Shown here: in pieces, positions 1 to 8,769 of the stretch
Numbering within the stretch: the first letter of the stretch is position 1
How the letters are laid out: each line of letters starts with the position of its first letter
Assembly (NCBI GenBank): GCA_012840925.1
Contig: DUVS01000029.1
Coordinates: forward strand, 124,202-188,201
DNA from: Bacillota bacterium
GTDB taxonomy: Bacteria; Bacillota; Limnochordia; Darwinibacteriales; DTU012
Direction of reading: 5' to 3'
DNA: 64,000 nucleotides
Notes under the pieces: model-generated
Seen by the model: only the letters and a program-made list of their open reading frames with translations
Databases searched by the model: none
What the model was told of the DNA's origin: nothing
Program-made: the position numbers and the translations under genes

Positions 1-177
1 CAAGTAACTACCAAGCTTCTCCAGGTAAGCAACCCTTAATTTTAGTGGTAATTTCCAGACCCAGAAGACGATCACGGTTTCGCTGTCAGTTTGAAGCCGG
101 TTGTACCTCAGCTCCAATGAAAAAGGAAGCAGCATAATCAAAACCAATAAAATAAGACCGAGCAGCATGGACTTCAC
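1..177 (-). CDS. DUF2953/YtfI-like membrane protein (3' end outside window)
   Basis: Open frame not in the ORF track: GTG at 177 / ATG at 168 after GGAG, translating MLLGLILLVLIMLLPFSLELRYNRL...; lies directly downstream of scpB, where ytfI-like genes are usual. Confidence 0.6.
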   Translation of the reverse strand, partial: MKSMLLGLILLVLIMLLPFSLELRYNRLQTDSETVIVFWVWKLPLKLRVAYLEKLGSYL

Positions 178-222
178 ACTCCATATCTCGATCTTACTTT
201 TTCATAATGGTTCCCAGTCTAT

Positions 223-753
223 TCATGCCTCACTGTTCACTAACTTTGGAAACTCACTGCGGCGCGGCAGATCATCTAGGCTTTTGAGGTTAAACTCCAT
301 CAGGAACTTGTCGGTAGTCCCAAAGACGATAGGCCGCCCTGGGCCGTCTTTGCGGCCAAGCTCCATGATCAATTCCCGTTCAAGCAGCGTGTTGATCGCA
401 CTATCTGCCCTGACACCTCGGATTTGTTCTATTTCGCTGCGGGTTACGGGCTGTTGGTATGCTATGATAGCCAGAGTCTCCAAAGCTGGCGCCGAAAGGG
501 GCGTACTGATAATTTTCCTGCCCAGTTTTTCGATCCACTCTTTTAGTTCCGGCCGAGTTACAAACTGATACCCTCCAGCGATACAGCGCAGCATAAAACC
601 GCTTTCTTCGTATCTGGCTGCAATGTCTTCAATCAACCTTTGGACAATCTTCTCGTCGATCTCGGTAATCTCACTGATTTCTTTGCTGGTTAAAGGATAA
701 GGAGCAGCAAATATTAATCCCTCAATAATTTTGTATGACTCCTCTAAAGTCAC
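223..753 (-). CDS. scpB: SMC-Scp complex subunit ScpB
   Basis: LETLAIIAYQQPVTRSEIEQIRGV and GRPIVFGTTDKFL motifs; follows scpA. Confidence 0.96.
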   Translation of the reverse strand: MTLEESYKIIEGLIFAAPYPLTSKEISEITEIDEKIVQRLIEDIAARYEESGFMLRCIAGGYQFVTRPELKEWIEKLGRKIISTPLSAPALETLAIIAYQQPVTRSEIEQIRGVRADSAINTLLERELIMELGRKDGPGRPIVFGTTDKFLMEFNLKSLDDLPRRSEFPKLVNSEA

Positions 754-757
754 TTCC

Positions 758-1477
758 TTACCTCCTTACCAACCGGATGTCTCCAAAAAGCCTATCCTGG
801 ATGGCATAGATTTCCCGCAGCTTGATCAGTTCCAGTACAGCCAGGAAAGTATAGATGATAAAAATCCGGTCCCTTTGCACCAGCAGTTCTGAAAATACTA
901 CGCTCTTCCGCTCTGCAAGTGTTAGGCGGAGTTTGCTGATGGCTTCAGCCAAACTCAGGTCCCTTTTGATATAGGTAACTTTATTGCTTTCATCCAAAGC
1001 CGCCAAAACCTGGGCAAATAAACCAGCCAGAACCTTGGCATCGACATCGCCAACACAATTAACATAGATGGGAGCTTGTTCAGAATTTGCCTCAAAGTAT
1101 GCCCGCGGAAAGACTGCAACCTGGTCTGCTTGTTCTTTAAGAATCTGGGCTACCTCTTTGTAAAACTTGTATTCCAAAAGCTTTCTGACTAGTTCTTCCC
1201 TGGGATCAGCTTCCTCCTCACCCACAGAATCTGGATCCAGCGGTGGTTTTTTTGGCAGCAGCATCTGAGCTTTAATCTGCAGCAGTGTGGCTGCCATCAC
1301 CAAAAAGTCCCCGCTGACCACCAAATCCAGCTCCTGCATCTGCCTTAGATAATCAAGGTAGTCTTCGGTGATCTGGGCAATGGGAATGTCCATGATATCA
1401 ATTTCTGCTTTGTCGATGAGACTGAGCAGCAAGTCGAAGGGGCCTTCAAAGATCTCCAGCTTTACCAAGTAACCCAT
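758..1477 (-). CDS. scpA: Segregation and condensation protein A
   Basis: N-terminal FEGPFDLLLSLI, FLVMAATLLQIKAQMLLP, C-terminal FLAVLELIK. Confidence 0.96.
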   Translation of the reverse strand: MGYLVKLEIFEGPFDLLLSLIDKAEIDIMDIPIAQITEDYLDYLRQMQELDLVVSGDFLVMAATLLQIKAQMLLPKKPPLDPDSVGEEEADPREELVRKLLEYKFYKEVAQILKEQADQVAVFPRAYFEANSEQAPIYVNCVGDVDAKVLAGLFAQVLAALDESNKVTYIKRDLSLAEAISKLRLTLAERKSVVFSELLVQRDRIFIIYTFLAVLELIKLREIYAIQDRLFGDIRLVRR

Positions 1478-1502
1478 AGTTTCTCACCTAAGCTTTTCAT
1501 GT

Positions 1503-2117
1503 CTAAATCGAAAACCCGCTTACAATCCACCCCAGAAATGCCGCAATCGGATTAACCACATACCCTAATAAGCCGCTCCAGACCCCTATGATCAAGATTA
1601 GGGGTGCATAAGGAGTAATCCTTTCATAGTTCAAACGCATCTTAAGAGGCAGCAGATTGGCTACTATCCGAGAACCATCCAACGGCGGCAGCGGGATCAG
1701 ATTAAAGGCCGCCAACATGATATTAAGCTGGATATTGACTATCAATACTCTGGAGAGGGCAAACAAAAACTGTGTGCTCAACGGCAGCCGAAACAGAAAA
1801 TTGCTCAGCAGATTAATCACACATGCCACTGTCACATTGGCCAAAGGGCCCGCTAAAGCCACTAGAATGATGTCGCGGCGCCGGTTTTTAAAGTAGAGTG
1901 GATTAATCTGTACCGGTTTTGCCCAGCCTACTCTAAATACAACCAGCATGATCAAACCAATGGGGTCAAGATGCTTAAGAGGATTAAGGGTTAGTCTTCC
2001 CAAAGCTCGTGGAGTTGGGTCCCCCAGCCGATCGGCGACAGCGCCGTGAGCCAGTTCATGAACGGAGATCGCAAACAGGGCTGCCACAATCGAATAAATC
2101 AGCAGTTCCAAATTCAT
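1503..2117 (-). CDS. Site-2 protease (M50) family intramembrane metalloprotease
   Basis: HELAH zinc motif, RLTLNPLKHLDP and FNLIPLPPLDG motifs, hydrophobic profile. Confidence 0.92.
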   Translation of the reverse strand: MNLELLIYSIVAALFAISVHELAHGAVADRLGDPTPRALGRLTLNPLKHLDPIGLIMLVVFRVGWAKPVQINPLYFKNRRRDIILVALAGPLANVTVACVINLLSNFLFRLPLSTQFLFALSRVLIVNIQLNIMLAAFNLIPLPPLDGSRIVANLLPLKMRLNYERITPYAPLILIIGVWSGLLGYVVNPIAAFLGWIVSGFSI

Positions 2118-2129
2118 GGATTTTCCTCC

Positions 2130-3443
2130 CTACACTCCATCTTTCAACCATCGTTCAGGAATCCGGTGCAGCCGGATCAAATCCTGATATTGCTCCCGTT
2201 CCACAACCAAATCAGAGCTCCCACGGTATACTGTGACTATCGGCAAGCGCGGTATGGCATTGTAATTGCTGGCCATGGTATAGTTATATGCTCCTGTACA
2301 AAAAACAGCTAAAAGATCTCCTGGTTCCAGCCGGGGCAATTGGATATTGTTAATCAGCACATCGCCCGATTCACAGTATTTCCCCACAATAGTATATGTT
2401 TTCTCCGGTGATTGACCCATCTTGTTGGCAACCACTGCATGATATCGCGCCTGATACAGAGCCACACGGGGATTATCCCCCATGCCTCCATCAACCGCAG
2501 CGTAAGTCCGTCCACCCTTGTTCTCTTTAATCGAGCCTACGCGATAAATGGTGGTTCCTGCGGCACCAACCAGAGAACGCCCTGGTTCCACCATAATCTT
2601 CGGCATCTCTAACTCATACTTGGCAGCAGCACTGTGAAGCGCTTCTGCCAGAAACTTCCCGAATTCCTGAGTTGAGGCCGGTTGATCGCCAGTAATGTAT
2701 TTGATCCCCAATCCTCCCCCAAGATCCAGCTCAGGCAGCATTATGCCTGCAGCTTTTGCGTTCGCCATGATCGCCATCATCACATCTATAGTCTTTGCGT
2801 AGCTGGCAAGTTCGAAGATTTGTGAGCCAATATGGCAGTGCAAACCACGCAGATTGATCCTGGGCAGGCTGGCAGCGAGCTTGATGGCATCAACAGCCTG
2901 GTTGTTGGCTACGCTGATGCCAAATTTGGAATCCAGTTGGCCTGTCTGAATATAACTGTGGGTATGTGCTTCCACTCCCGGCATGATTCGCAGCATAATA
3001 TCGGCACTCCGGCCCTTTTTCCTGGCCAAATCCGAAAGGAACTCAAGCTCATATAGGTTGTCCACCACGATTCTGCCGATCCCAACCTCAAGGGCAGTGT
3101 CCAGTTCAGCAGCGGTTTTGTTGTTGCCGTGAAAGTATATCTTTTCTGGTGGAAAGCCGGCGGTAAGAGCCATATACAACTCGCCGCCACTGACAACATC
3201 CAGTGATAAGCCAAGGTTTGCCATAAACCGGGCAATGCCTAGTGTCAAAAGGGCTTTGCCGGCGTAAATTATTTCATAGTCAGGCAGGGAGCTTAGTGCG
3301 TCCCGAAATGTGTTTACACTGTTTACGACTTCTTCTTCATCGAAAACGTACAGCGGTGTACCCCACTGTGATGCCAACTTGACAACATCGCACCCGCCGA
3401 TCACCAGATGTCCTGCCTTATTGTGAGTTTCTTTGTAGTTCAA
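2130..3443 (-). CDS. lysA: Diaminopimelate decarboxylase
   Basis: YAGKA (PLP lysine), HCHIGSQ, EPGRSLV, CESGD, GAYNYTM motifs; start moved to TTG at 3443 behind GGGGAGG. Confidence 0.95.
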   Translation of the reverse strand: MNYKETHNKAGHLVIGGCDVVKLASQWGTPLYVFDEEEVVNSVNTFRDALSSLPDYEIIYAGKALLTLGIARFMANLGLSLDVVSGGELYMALTAGFPPEKIYFHGNNKTAAELDTALEVGIGRIVVDNLYELEFLSDLARKKGRSADIMLRIMPGVEAHTHSYIQTGQLDSKFGISVANNQAVDAIKLAASLPRINLRGLHCHIGSQIFELASYAKTIDVMMAIMANAKAAGIMLPELDLGGGLGIKYITGDQPASTQEFGKFLAEALHSAAAKYELEMPKIMVEPGRSLVGAAGTTIYRVGSIKENKGGRTYAAVDGGMGDNPRVALYQARYHAVVANKMGQSPEKTYTIVGKYCESGDVLINNIQLPRLEPGDLLAVFCTGAYNYTMASNYNAIPRLPIVTVYRGSSDLVVEREQYQDLIRLHRIPERWLKDGV

Positions 3444-3475
3444 AGTGGTTCCTCCCCAAACGTGCAACATATAAA

Positions 3476-3493
3476 CCCCCGCCTAAGCGGGGG
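3476..3493 (-). terminator. GC-rich hairpin with U-rich tail in the lysA upstream region
   Basis: CCCCCGC-TTAG-GCGGGGG followed by TTTATATGTT on the minus strand. Confidence 0.45.
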
Positions 3494-3511
3494 ATCTACC
3501 AGATTACCATT

Positions 3512-3540
3512 ATTTTAACATAACAGTCACAAGATAGCAA
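3512..3540 (-). promoter_or_regulatory. Putative sigma-A promoter upstream of lysA
   Basis: TTGCTA-N17-TAAAAT with extended TGn. Confidence 0.55.
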
Positions 3541-3569
3541 GACAGAAGGGTTTAATGGTGGTGGCCCCT

Positions 3570-4556
3570 CTAGTTTCCTGCACCCAACATACCGTACTCC
3601 GAACTGGAATCAGTCTTACCACACCGGGAGCCCCAGCTGGCAATAATCCTTCCATCTTTGACAATATCCACAATCTCGCACTGGTTGGAGCAATCCTGAC
3701 ACTCCCAGCTGTGATTTTGATATACACTTTCGGTTATTTCAAAGCCGTGGAACCTGGTTGCTCCCTCGCGGCATATGGTTTCAGATGCTAGGAGAGCAGC
3801 GCCAATGGCTCCCATGACATCAAAGTGCCGCGGAACTATGACTTCAGCATTCAAAGCCGCTTCAAAAGCTCTCCTCATCCCCTGGTTTGCTGCCACCCCA
3901 CCTTGGAAAACGATTTTGGGTCTGATCTCTTTGCCTTTTCCCACATTGGTGAGGTAATTGCGAACCATAGCATCACAAAGGCCGGCCAGAATGTCTGCCA
4001 AACTGTGGCCTAATTGCTGCTTATGAATCATATCAGATTCGGCGAAAACTGTACAACGGCCGGCAATCCGGACCGGATGGCGGCTTCTCAAAGCAATTCG
4101 GCCAAAGTCTTGAATCGGAATACCTAACCTCGCTGCTTGCTGGTCAAGGAAAGAGCCAGTTCCAGCAGCGCACACTGTATTCATGGCAAAATCACTGACA
4201 ACACCATCCCGCAGAATGATCATCTTTGAATCTTGGCCGCCTATTTCAATGATGGTTTGCACCCCTTTTTCCACGTGCAGCGCAGCAACGGCGTGAGCTG
4301 TGATTTCATTTTTCACCACATCCGCTCCTAAAATCACACCAGCCAGCTGCCGGGCACTACCTGTGGTACCTACGCCTACAATCTGCCATTGGTTTTTCCT
4401 GGCTATTTTGGCCATAGCCCGCTGTAAAGTGCGGATCGGCTGGCCCTGAGTCCGGACATAGACTTTGTCGGCAACTTCCAGGCTGTGGGCATCAAGAAGG
4501 ACGAGATTAGTGCTGACTGATCCCACATCAACTCCAAGATATACAGGCGCTGTCAT
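3570..4556 (-). CDS. Acyl-CoA dehydratase activase (BadF/BadG/BcrA/BcrD ASKHA ATPase, 4Fe-4S)
   Basis: LGVDVGSVST, TGSAR, EIGGQDSK, CAAGTGSFLD, CTVFAES, FQGGVAAN motifs; C-terminal CQDCSNQC...RCGK; start moved to ATG 4556. Confidence 0.92.
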   Translation of the reverse strand: MTAPVYLGVDVGSVSTNLVLLDAHSLEVADKVYVRTQGQPIRTLQRAMAKIARKNQWQIVGVGTTGSARQLAGVILGADVVKNEITAHAVAALHVEKGVQTIIEIGGQDSKMIILRDGVVSDFAMNTVCAAGTGSFLDQQAARLGIPIQDFGRIALRSRHPVRIAGRCTVFAESDMIHKQQLGHSLADILAGLCDAMVRNYLTNVGKGKEIRPKIVFQGGVAANQGMRRAFEAALNAEVIVPRHFDVMGAIGAALLASETICREGATRFHGFEITESVYQNHSWECQDCSNQCEIVDIVKDGRIIASWGSRCGKTDSSSEYGMLGAGN

Positions 4557-5643
4557 GCTGCAACCCTCCTTGACCCCGCCTTGAAAGCAAATCCACGAAT
4601 GCTTCCAGTCTGGTCTGAAATCCTGTCTCGCCTGTGTGTTCATCCACCACCAGCGACAATACAGGGATCTGGTAATCAACACTTACATTGGGCAGAATGC
4701 ACTGGGCCACAATTTCCGGCATACAAGTAAATGGCAAAATATGAATTATTCCATCATACCCCTGACCGGCTAAAGCCACTGTGCGAGCCACCGATTCCAG
4801 GCCGTGCCCTCCTACAGACGCATGAAGATAACCCCGGGCGTTAATCCGCAGCCACCGGTTGCTGTATAAACCTAAAGAAGATAGAATCAAGTTGTTCTTC
4901 AGCCACTGTACTAAACTTACTGTTCGCAGAACCTCCACCCCTAAATAGCCGAGCCGTTCCTCCAGATCAAGGTTGGCAAAGGGTTCCAGTATTGTATAGA
5001 TCTCCCCAACGACACCTACCTTGAGCGGCTCTTGGGCATTGCGATCAATTAAGTCCCGCAGATGATCACATTCTTGCCTGCATAATTTCCGAATACCTCC
5101 GACAGTATTGGTATGGCGTAGTTTTTGCAGAGCCCTGTTCAACACTTGGGTTGCAGCTTTAGGCCTTGCCTCTCTAGGACGCACATAATGAGCGGTTCGT
5201 TCCAGTTTTTCAACAGCCACCAGTTTCTCCCAGGCCAGGGCCAAGCCTTTAGCCAGCGCTTTTACTCCACCTGCTTTGATCAGTGGGATAATCTGCGATT
5301 TAAACCTGACGAAGTCCTCTTTAGGATGATCAAGGACAATAAACTCAATCTCTTTGCCCAAATCATAGAGTATTTCCTGCTGCAGGGCAGCATAATAACC
5401 GAGCCGGCAAGGGCCTCTGCCTCCTACCATCAACCCAGTGTCCGCCCCCAACTCGATACCTTCCAGAAAATTGCCGACACCAAGTTTAAGCGGCAGACAA
5501 ATGGTTTCCGGACTATACTTGGTACCGAGCGTTAAGGTCCGCTTACTGCTGGGTGGCGGAATGATTAAATCAAACTTCAGTTCACTGAGCAAAGCTTCAA
5601 TTGCTATGTACAGGTTTCCCATATGGGGAAAGGTGATTTTCAT
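4528..5643 (-). CDS. 2-hydroxyacyl-CoA dehydratase-like (HGD-D/PlsR-like) subunit
   Basis: ICLPLK, GGRGPCRLGYY, LPFTCMPE, DEHTGETGFQTRLEAF motifs; overlaps both neighbours. Confidence 0.8.
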   Translation of the reverse strand: MKITFPHMGNLYIAIEALLSELKFDLIIPPPSSKRTLTLGTKYSPETICLPLKLGVGNFLEGIELGADTGLMVGGRGPCRLGYYAALQQEILYDLGKEIEFIVLDHPKEDFVRFKSQIIPLIKAGGVKALAKGLALAWEKLVAVEKLERTAHYVRPREARPKAATQVLNRALQKLRHTNTVGGIRKLCRQECDHLRDLIDRNAQEPLKVGVVGEIYTILEPFANLDLEERLGYLGVEVLRTVSLVQWLKNNLILSSLGLYSNRWLRINARGYLHASVGGHGLESVARTVALAGQGYDGIIHILPFTCMPEIVAQCILPNVSVDYQIPVLSLVVDEHTGETGFQTRLEAFVDLLSRRGQGGLQHDSACISWS

Positions 5644-6565
5644 GCTGTTTCCCTCTCTTGAGCAGATCTAAAAACGCTTCGATCCGGGTTAAAACTCCTG
5701 TTTGCCCTGTGTGTTCGTCCAGACTAATCACTAGATGTGGTATTTGGTTCCGATGGCAGTACCTGTCCACCAGGTCAGTGGTCATAGAATCGGTGCCACA
5801 GGCAAAGGACATCAGAGAGACGATCCCATCAGCTTTGGCGGCGAAGTAATGGGCTGACCCGAGAATTCTTTTACCGGACGTCCAAAACATGCGTTTTTTA
5901 AGAAAGCAACTGTGGCCTGCGATGGTGCCGGGATCTATCTGTTCTGCTGTCATGATCTCACATCCAGCCTGCTGCAGCCGCTTGATAATCCCCATGGAAA
6001 TGAACTCGTCATGAAGAAGGTACTCATGGCCCAGGACAGCAATAACCAGGCTGTTCGGGCTGCACTGAGCTCGATTATCGAGTGAATTATTTACCAACTG
6101 CTGTTCGTAGCGGCATTGCTGAGCAGTGGCCTGCCGGTAGGCTTCAAACGCCTTATGGAGTGGAGCAAAACGAGAACCCAGCTTGATGTAAGACCACATC
6201 ACTTTGCTGGTACCTCTGCGTCCATCAATGGTGGGAGACAATAAAGGAGGCAAATCATCCAAGCAGTTGCGTATAATATCTGGCAAACCCATGAATTTGG
6301 GACAGATGTATTCTGCCTTTTCAACACTGACGATATAAGGAATGAACAAGAAGTCCACCCCTTTGGACACCAGATTGTGAACATGGCCGAGATACACCTT
6401 GACCGGTAGACAAATCCCGTCCACTGCAGCTTTGACACCATAATCCAAAATTGCTTTGTTGGTCTGATCTGAGATGACTACCTGCAAACCCAATGTTCGA
6501 AAGAACTCCTGCCACATCGGATAATACCGGTAATAGTACAACGCCCTGGGTATCCCTACTCTCAT
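5597..6565 (-). CDS. DUF2229 acyl-CoA dehydratase activase-related protein
   Basis: MRVGIPRALYYY start, ICLPVKVYLGHV, YICPKFMGLPD, SFACGTD, DEHTGQTGVLTRIEAF motifs. Confidence 0.85.
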   Translation of the reverse strand: MRVGIPRALYYYRYYPMWQEFFRTLGLQVVISDQTNKAILDYGVKAAVDGICLPVKVYLGHVHNLVSKGVDFLFIPYIVSVEKAEYICPKFMGLPDIIRNCLDDLPPLLSPTIDGRRGTSKVMWSYIKLGSRFAPLHKAFEAYRQATAQQCRYEQQLVNNSLDNRAQCSPNSLVIAVLGHEYLLHDEFISMGIIKRLQQAGCEIMTAEQIDPGTIAGHSCFLKKRMFWTSGKRILGSAHYFAAKADGIVSLMSFACGTDSMTTDLVDRYCHRNQIPHLVISLDEHTGQTGVLTRIEAFLDLLKRGKQHENHLSPYGKPVHSN

Positions 6566-6582
6566 CCAGTTTCACCCCTAAC

Positions 6583-8046
6583 TTACTTGCGGCGCGTATC
6601 CCGGTCTCTTTTGCCGGCTATGGCTTTTGGCCTCATTGTAATCTGGGGTATTGGATAACGAAAGACGATTCGCAGCAGTGCAGGGCCGTTAAACGGGACC
6701 AGCGGCCACAAATATGGCAGCCCAAAGGACTTTGTCAGGCCAAAAGCTAAAAATGAGGCCAAGAGGCTGACCCCTAACCCGATCCAGTTGAATAAAAACG
6801 TACAGACGAGAATGAAAAAGCGAAACAGGCGCAGTGCCAAAGCGAATTCCAGGCTTGGCGTTCCAAAGGTACCAATCGCTACGATTGCAATATAGAGGAT
6901 CGTTTCAGGAATAAAGATCCCAACCGATACAGCCAGATCACCCAGTAAAATTGCTCCTACGATACCAAGGGAGGTTGCCAGCGCACTTGGTGTATGCACA
7001 AGCGCCATCCGGATCAGGTCCAAGCCAAGTTCCAGGATGATAAACTGAAGCCAGATCGGCACCACGCTTAGTTCTTTCGGCCCCAGCCAGTCCAGCCATG
7101 AAGGCAGATTGGGTGTGTTGACCAAAGCATACCAAACTGGAATTACCAACATCGAGAGAATAATGCCTATGGTCCTGACCCAACGTAAATAGGTGCCTAC
7201 AGGAGGGTTTTGGAAGTATTCCTCTGCATGCTGGGTAAAATGCCAGGCAGTAACTGGTACAATCATGGCAAAAGGTGATGTATCCACAAAAATGCAGACG
7301 TGCCCTTCAAGCATGTGTGCAGCAGCAACATCGGGCCTTTCCGTGTAGCGGGTCACCGGCAGTGGATTAAACGATGTGCCAAGAATATACTCTTCTAGAT
7401 TTTTGCCGCCCATGGGCAGAGCATCTCGGTTAATGCGGGCTATTCGCTGCTTTACTTCAGCAACCAGACTGGCATCTGCAATATCTTCAATATACCCTAC
7501 GAAAATGTCGGTCTTTGAGCGCTCGCCTGCTTGTAACGCCTCAAAGCGCAGCCTTGGATCTCGGATGCGGCGGCGAACCAGATTGGTATTAAACAAAGCT
7601 GTTTCCACGAATCCTTCCCGGGAACCGCGGGTCACACGCTCCAAATCAGGTTCCTCAATGCCGCGGACTGGATATTCCCGCACATCAATGACTATGACAC
7701 TTGTCATTCCATCGATCAATAACAGCAGCGGCCCAGCCAGTAACTGATCAATGGCATCTTCCAAGTCATCGCTCACTTCGATCTCGAAGTATGGCAAGTA
7801 GCGTTTGATAATCTTTTCTAATCCGTTAACTCCCAATTCGCCTCTGGGAATCTGCATCAGTGTCCGCATAATAGCTACTGTTTCCCGGTCTTTGATAAAA
7901 CCGTCAATGAAAATTAAAGCTGCATCTCGCTCACCGATGCAGATTTCCCGGATTAACACATCAAATGTGATGCTTACTCCTAGCCTTTCCTTGATCAGCT
8001 CCAGATTTGTCTCCAGATGTTTGTCAACTGCTGCTGCCATGAGCAT
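6583..8046 (-). CDS. spoVAF: SpoVAF / GerA-family spore membrane protein
   Basis: RGIEEPDLERVTRGSREGFVET, RYTERPDVAAAHMLEG, DTSP, C-terminal TM segments, PYLWPLVPFN; lies upstream of lysA as in Bacillus. Confidence 0.85.
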   Translation of the reverse strand: MLMAAAVDKHLETNLELIKERLGVSITFDVLIREICIGERDAALIFIDGFIKDRETVAIMRTLMQIPRGELGVNGLEKIIKRYLPYFEIEVSDDLEDAIDQLLAGPLLLLIDGMTSVIVIDVREYPVRGIEEPDLERVTRGSREGFVETALFNTNLVRRRIRDPRLRFEALQAGERSKTDIFVGYIEDIADASLVAEVKQRIARINRDALPMGGKNLEEYILGTSFNPLPVTRYTERPDVAAAHMLEGHVCIFVDTSPFAMIVPVTAWHFTQHAEEYFQNPPVGTYLRWVRTIGIILSMLVIPVWYALVNTPNLPSWLDWLGPKELSVVPIWLQFIILELGLDLIRMALVHTPSALATSLGIVGAILLGDLAVSVGIFIPETILYIAIVAIGTFGTPSLEFALALRLFRFFILVCTFLFNWIGLGVSLLASFLAFGLTKSFGLPYLWPLVPFNGPALLRIVFRYPIPQITMRPKAIAGKRDRDTRRK

Positions 8047-8069
8047 AACTCCTTAACCCTACATTTGTA

Positions 8070-8095
8070 AAAAGCGCCTTTTGAGCGGCGCTTTT
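8070..8095. terminator. Intrinsic terminator after the holin-family gene
   Basis: AAAAGCGCC-N8-GGCGCTTTT with T tracts on both strands. Confidence 0.7.
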
Positions 8096-8428
8096 TTATC
8101 GGACTGTTGTCGGCACGAACATGTCGATTATACCAATCACAAATGCTGCCAGTAGCGCTCCCAGTAGTGTCACTTCCATTTCAGGCACTATAAATTGGAC
8201 GGTCCAAATCACAATCGCTGAAACTAAAAAACCGACTATCCCGCGACTGTATGGTGAAACGCTTTTCCCTAAAGTCGCTTCAATCACCCACCCAATGACG
8301 GCAATCACCACTGCTGCCAGCAGCGCATTCCAGAATCCCATCGTGCTAAAACCGGGGAGAAGGAAACCTACCGCCATCAGTACCAGCGCTGAAACAACAA
8401 AACGGACAACAGCACTTAGCCAATCCAT
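8096..8428 (-). CDS. Phage holin family IV (YvlD-like) 4-TM membrane protein
   Basis: Four hydrophobic segments, ALLAAVVIAVI...GFLVSAIVIW pattern; start at ATG 8428 behind GAGGTG. Confidence 0.8.
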   Translation of the reverse strand: MDWLSAVVRFVVSALVLMAVGFLLPGFSTMGFWNALLAAVVIAVIGWVIEATLGKSVSPYSRGIVGFLVSAIVIWTVQFIVPEMEVTLLGALLAAFVIGIIDMFVPTTVR

Positions 8429-8459
8429 CACATCACCTCGTTTCAAGTTTATCCCCTAC

Positions 8460-8489
8460 TAGTATTGCCACAAAGCAAGGTTGATATCC
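8460..8489 (-). promoter_or_regulatory. Putative forespore (sigma-F/sigma-G) promoter
   Basis: GGATA-N15-GGCAATACTA; shares TTGTGGCAATACT with the sigG promoter. Confidence 0.6.
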
Positions 8490-8498
8490 CAGTTTTTG

Positions 8499-8711
8499 CT
8501 AATCGTCTTCAGATTCAACCCGAAAAACAATCTTGACATTTGCTTTATATTCCACAACCTCGCCGTCAACCACATTGCCGGTCCAATTCAGCACTTCCAC
8601 CCCGCTAATGTGTCTGATGGTCTTGGCCGCTTCTTCAACTGCTGCCTGCACCGCAGCCTGCCAACCCTTTTTTGATTGGCCCACAAGTTCAATCACTTTG
8701 ATCACAGCCAT
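8499..8711 (-). CDS. Dodecin family flavin/CoA-binding protein
   Basis: 70 aa, KVIELVGQS..GWQAAVQAAVEEAAKT...EYKANVKIVF pattern. Confidence 0.88.
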   Translation of the reverse strand: MAVIKVIELVGQSKKGWQAAVQAAVEEAAKTIRHISGVEVLNWTGNVVDGEVVEYKANVKIVFRVESEDD

Positions 8712-8743
8712 CGTTCATCCACCTCCGCTAGTAGTATAACTAA

Positions 8744-8769
8744 AAAAGAGCTCTTCTATGAGCTCTTTT
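8744..8769. terminator. Terminator hairpin overlapping the dipeptidase stop codon
   Basis: AAAAGAGCTC-N6-GAGCTCTTTT. Confidence 0.65.

Noticed and set aside
101-568. 155-aa + strand ORF and the many similar antisense ORFs in the track (e.g. 20433-20963, 39766-40308, 53678-54112, 58612-59085)
   Set aside because: They lie opposite well-conserved genes, lack RBS and motifs, and have the Ser/Ile-rich composition typical of shadow frames.
3444-3569. Lysine (L-box) riboswitch upstream of lysA
   Set aside because: Only about 60 nt separate the promoter and start codon, and no L-box core is visible.
8096-8428. Prophage suggested by the holin-family gene
   Set aside because: No endolysin, integrase or structural genes nearby; this family is commonly chromosomal and here has a forespore-type promoter.
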